DNA of 42,892 nt from assembly GCA_964565525.1 (NCBI GenBank), contig CAZMFG010000002.1, positions 1 to 42,892 on the forward strand. Reading direction: 5' to 3'. The notes beneath the pieces were generated by a model, which saw only the letters and a program-made list of their open reading frames with translations, was not told the DNA's origin and made no database searches. Below, one piece after another: positions 41,829-42,892 of this stretch. The stretch's first letter is position 1. Every line of letters begins with the position of its first letter. Both the position numbers and the translations under genes were made by a program. This stretch comes from an uncultured Thermodesulfobacteriota bacterium (lineage in GTDB: Bacteria; Desulfobacterota; B13-G15; RBG-16-54-18).

Positions 41829-42575
41829 TTGCGAGCAACGATGCACAAGAATCAGGCGATAGTCAGATCTGTTTTATTCAAAATATTTGGTCCCACCGAA
41901 GAGCAAGTAAAGGAAATCCTCCAGGGGATCACCGATGATATCGAATTGACCTATCTCCTGTCTTTCCCAGAGATCCACCTTAAAGTGGTTGTGCGAGGGG
42001 CTGATGAAGGGGAAGTTGAAGTAAAACTCAAGCACTGTGGCGATGAGATTGCCGAGCGTCTGGGGATCGATCTCTTCGGCAGAGGCGAGGAGGTGATGGA
42101 GGGGGTTGTGGGGAGGTTGCTCAGGGAGAAGGGGGCGACCATTGCGGTGGCGGAATCGTGTACCGGAGGTTTCATCGCCCACCGTATCACTGAAATTTCC
42201 GGCAGCTCGGTGTATTTCCTTCAAGGAGTGGTGGCCTATAGTAATCAGGCAAAAGAAGCGCTCCTTGGAGTACCGCGCTCCATATTAGAGCAGTTTGGTC
42301 CAGTGAGCAAGGAGACTGCTCATCATATGGCTCAAGGGGTGCGGGAGCGCGGCAAGACCACGTTAGGTCTCGCCACAACAGGCATTGCCGGCCCCACAGG
42401 GGGGAGCGCCAGGAACCCGGTCGGAAGGGTCTTTATCGCCCTGGCAGCTGAAGATATGCTCGAGGTAAAACAATATGATTTTTCCGGCGATCGCCATGAG
42501 ATAAAACTTATGGCCTCTGAGGTTGCGCTTGATAGGGTGAGGAGATACCTTATCGGACATATATCAACAGGATGA
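41829..42575 (+). CDS. CinA-family protein lacking the N-terminal MoCF domain (nicotinamide-nucleotide amidohydrolase PncC-like C-terminal domain)
   Basis: 244-248 aa (TTG at 41829 or ATG at 41841) with an AVAESCTGGFIAHRIT motif and GLATTGIAGPTGG. It begins in the CinA linker region (..VLFKIFGPTEEQV..), and the frame is closed by a stop at 41808-41810. Confidence 0.75.
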   Translation: MRATMHKNQAIVRSVLFKIFGPTEEQVKEILQGITDDIELTYLLSFPEIHLKVVVRGADEGEVEVKLKHCGDEIAERLGIDLFGRGEEVMEGVVGRLLREKGATIAVAESCTGGFIAHRITEISGSSVYFLQGVVAYSNQAKEALLGVPRSILEQFGPVSKETAHHMAQGVRERGKTTLGLATTGIAGPTGGSARNPVGRVFIALAAEDMLEVKQYDFSGDRHEIKLMASEVALDRVRRYLIGHISTG

Positions 42576-42619
42576 CCACAGCAATCATTGTGAGGGTTTC
42601 ACACCCGTTTGATTTCTTT

Positions 42620-42892
42620 TTACGTGCCCGTCGTAATAAAACCTACATCACCTTTACCTTGTCGCAATACCAGCGGCTGATCGCCCGTAAAATCGATAAT
42701 AGTGGAATGCTCTGCTACAATAGCCTCCCCGTCGATTACCAGATCGAGGGCCTTGCCGAACATCTGATCAATCTCCTCAGGATCGCTATAGAGGCTTTCG
42801 TCAGGCTTCTTCACGCTGGTGGTGATGATGGGGTGCTCCAGCTCTCTCACCAAGGCAAGCGAGATGGTATTGTCCGGGACCCTGATCCCCAC
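42620..42892 (-). CDS. L-threonylcarbamoyladenylate synthase (TsaC/YrdC/Sua5 family), C-terminal part; the gene continues beyond the window
   Basis: 90-aa partial ORF: ...GIRVPDNTISLALVRELEHPIITTSVKKPDE...DLVIDGE...STIIDFTGDQPLVLRQGKG, a typical YrdC-domain C-terminal half. The ORF is open to the window edge. Confidence 0.7.
   Translation of the reverse strand: MGIRVPDNTISLALVRELEHPIITTSVKKPDESLYSDPEEIDQMFGKALDLVIDGEAIVAEHSTIIDFTGDQPLVLRQGKGDVGFITTGT

Noticed and set aside
1-42892. Mobile elements, integrases, toxin-antitoxin or phage-defence genes
   Set aside because: I found no transposase or integrase motifs (DDE, tyrosine or serine recombinase), no terminal inverted repeats and no defence-type domains in any of the listed ORFs. 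The only repeats are the precursor cassettes and the engB-nfnA tandem repeat.

Overview
This is a 42.9-kb, densely coding bacterial window. I could not recognise any rRNA, tRNA, CRISPR array, transposase or integrase by eye. All functional calls rest on motif recognition only, because no database search was possible. Layout: (i) 1-5.5 kb holds housekeeping and anaerobic redox genes: a crotonase-family enzyme, a branched-chain-amino-acid-type solute-binding protein, convergent terminators, an NfnAB-like oxidoreductase pair and the EngB GTPase. (ii) 5.8-15.3 kb is the most interesting part, a RiPP-like peptide-maturation locus. It encodes three radical SAM/SPASM enzymes, a PqqD-family (RRE) protein, an S24/S26-type peptidase, an HPr-kinase-related P-loop kinase and a PF14907-like nucleotidyltransferase. 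It also encodes a geranylgeranyl-reductase-family flavoenzyme and a 289-aa protein with ABBA-prenyltransferase-like strand motifs. Two paralogous 53-aa Cys-containing peptide genes lie on the minus strand at 7042-7203 and 9733-9894. They are absent from the supplied ORF track (too short, and masked by plus-strand shadow ORFs) and are the likely substrates. (iii) 15.3-19.8 kb holds minus-strand amino-sugar and polyprenyl-phosphate glycan-initiation genes, linked to the nucleotidyltransferase gene of the RiPP-like locus by an unbroken chain of start/stop overlaps. (iv) 20.6-41.7 kb is a plus-strand Wzx/Wzy-type polysaccharide locus. It is headed by a candidate sigma54 promoter and an ExeA-like AAA ATPase fused to an HD-GYP domain, and it contains an AT-rich, methyltransferase-rich central block. 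(v) The right flank holds an N-terminally truncated CinA/PncC-like gene and a partial TsaC/YrdC gene.
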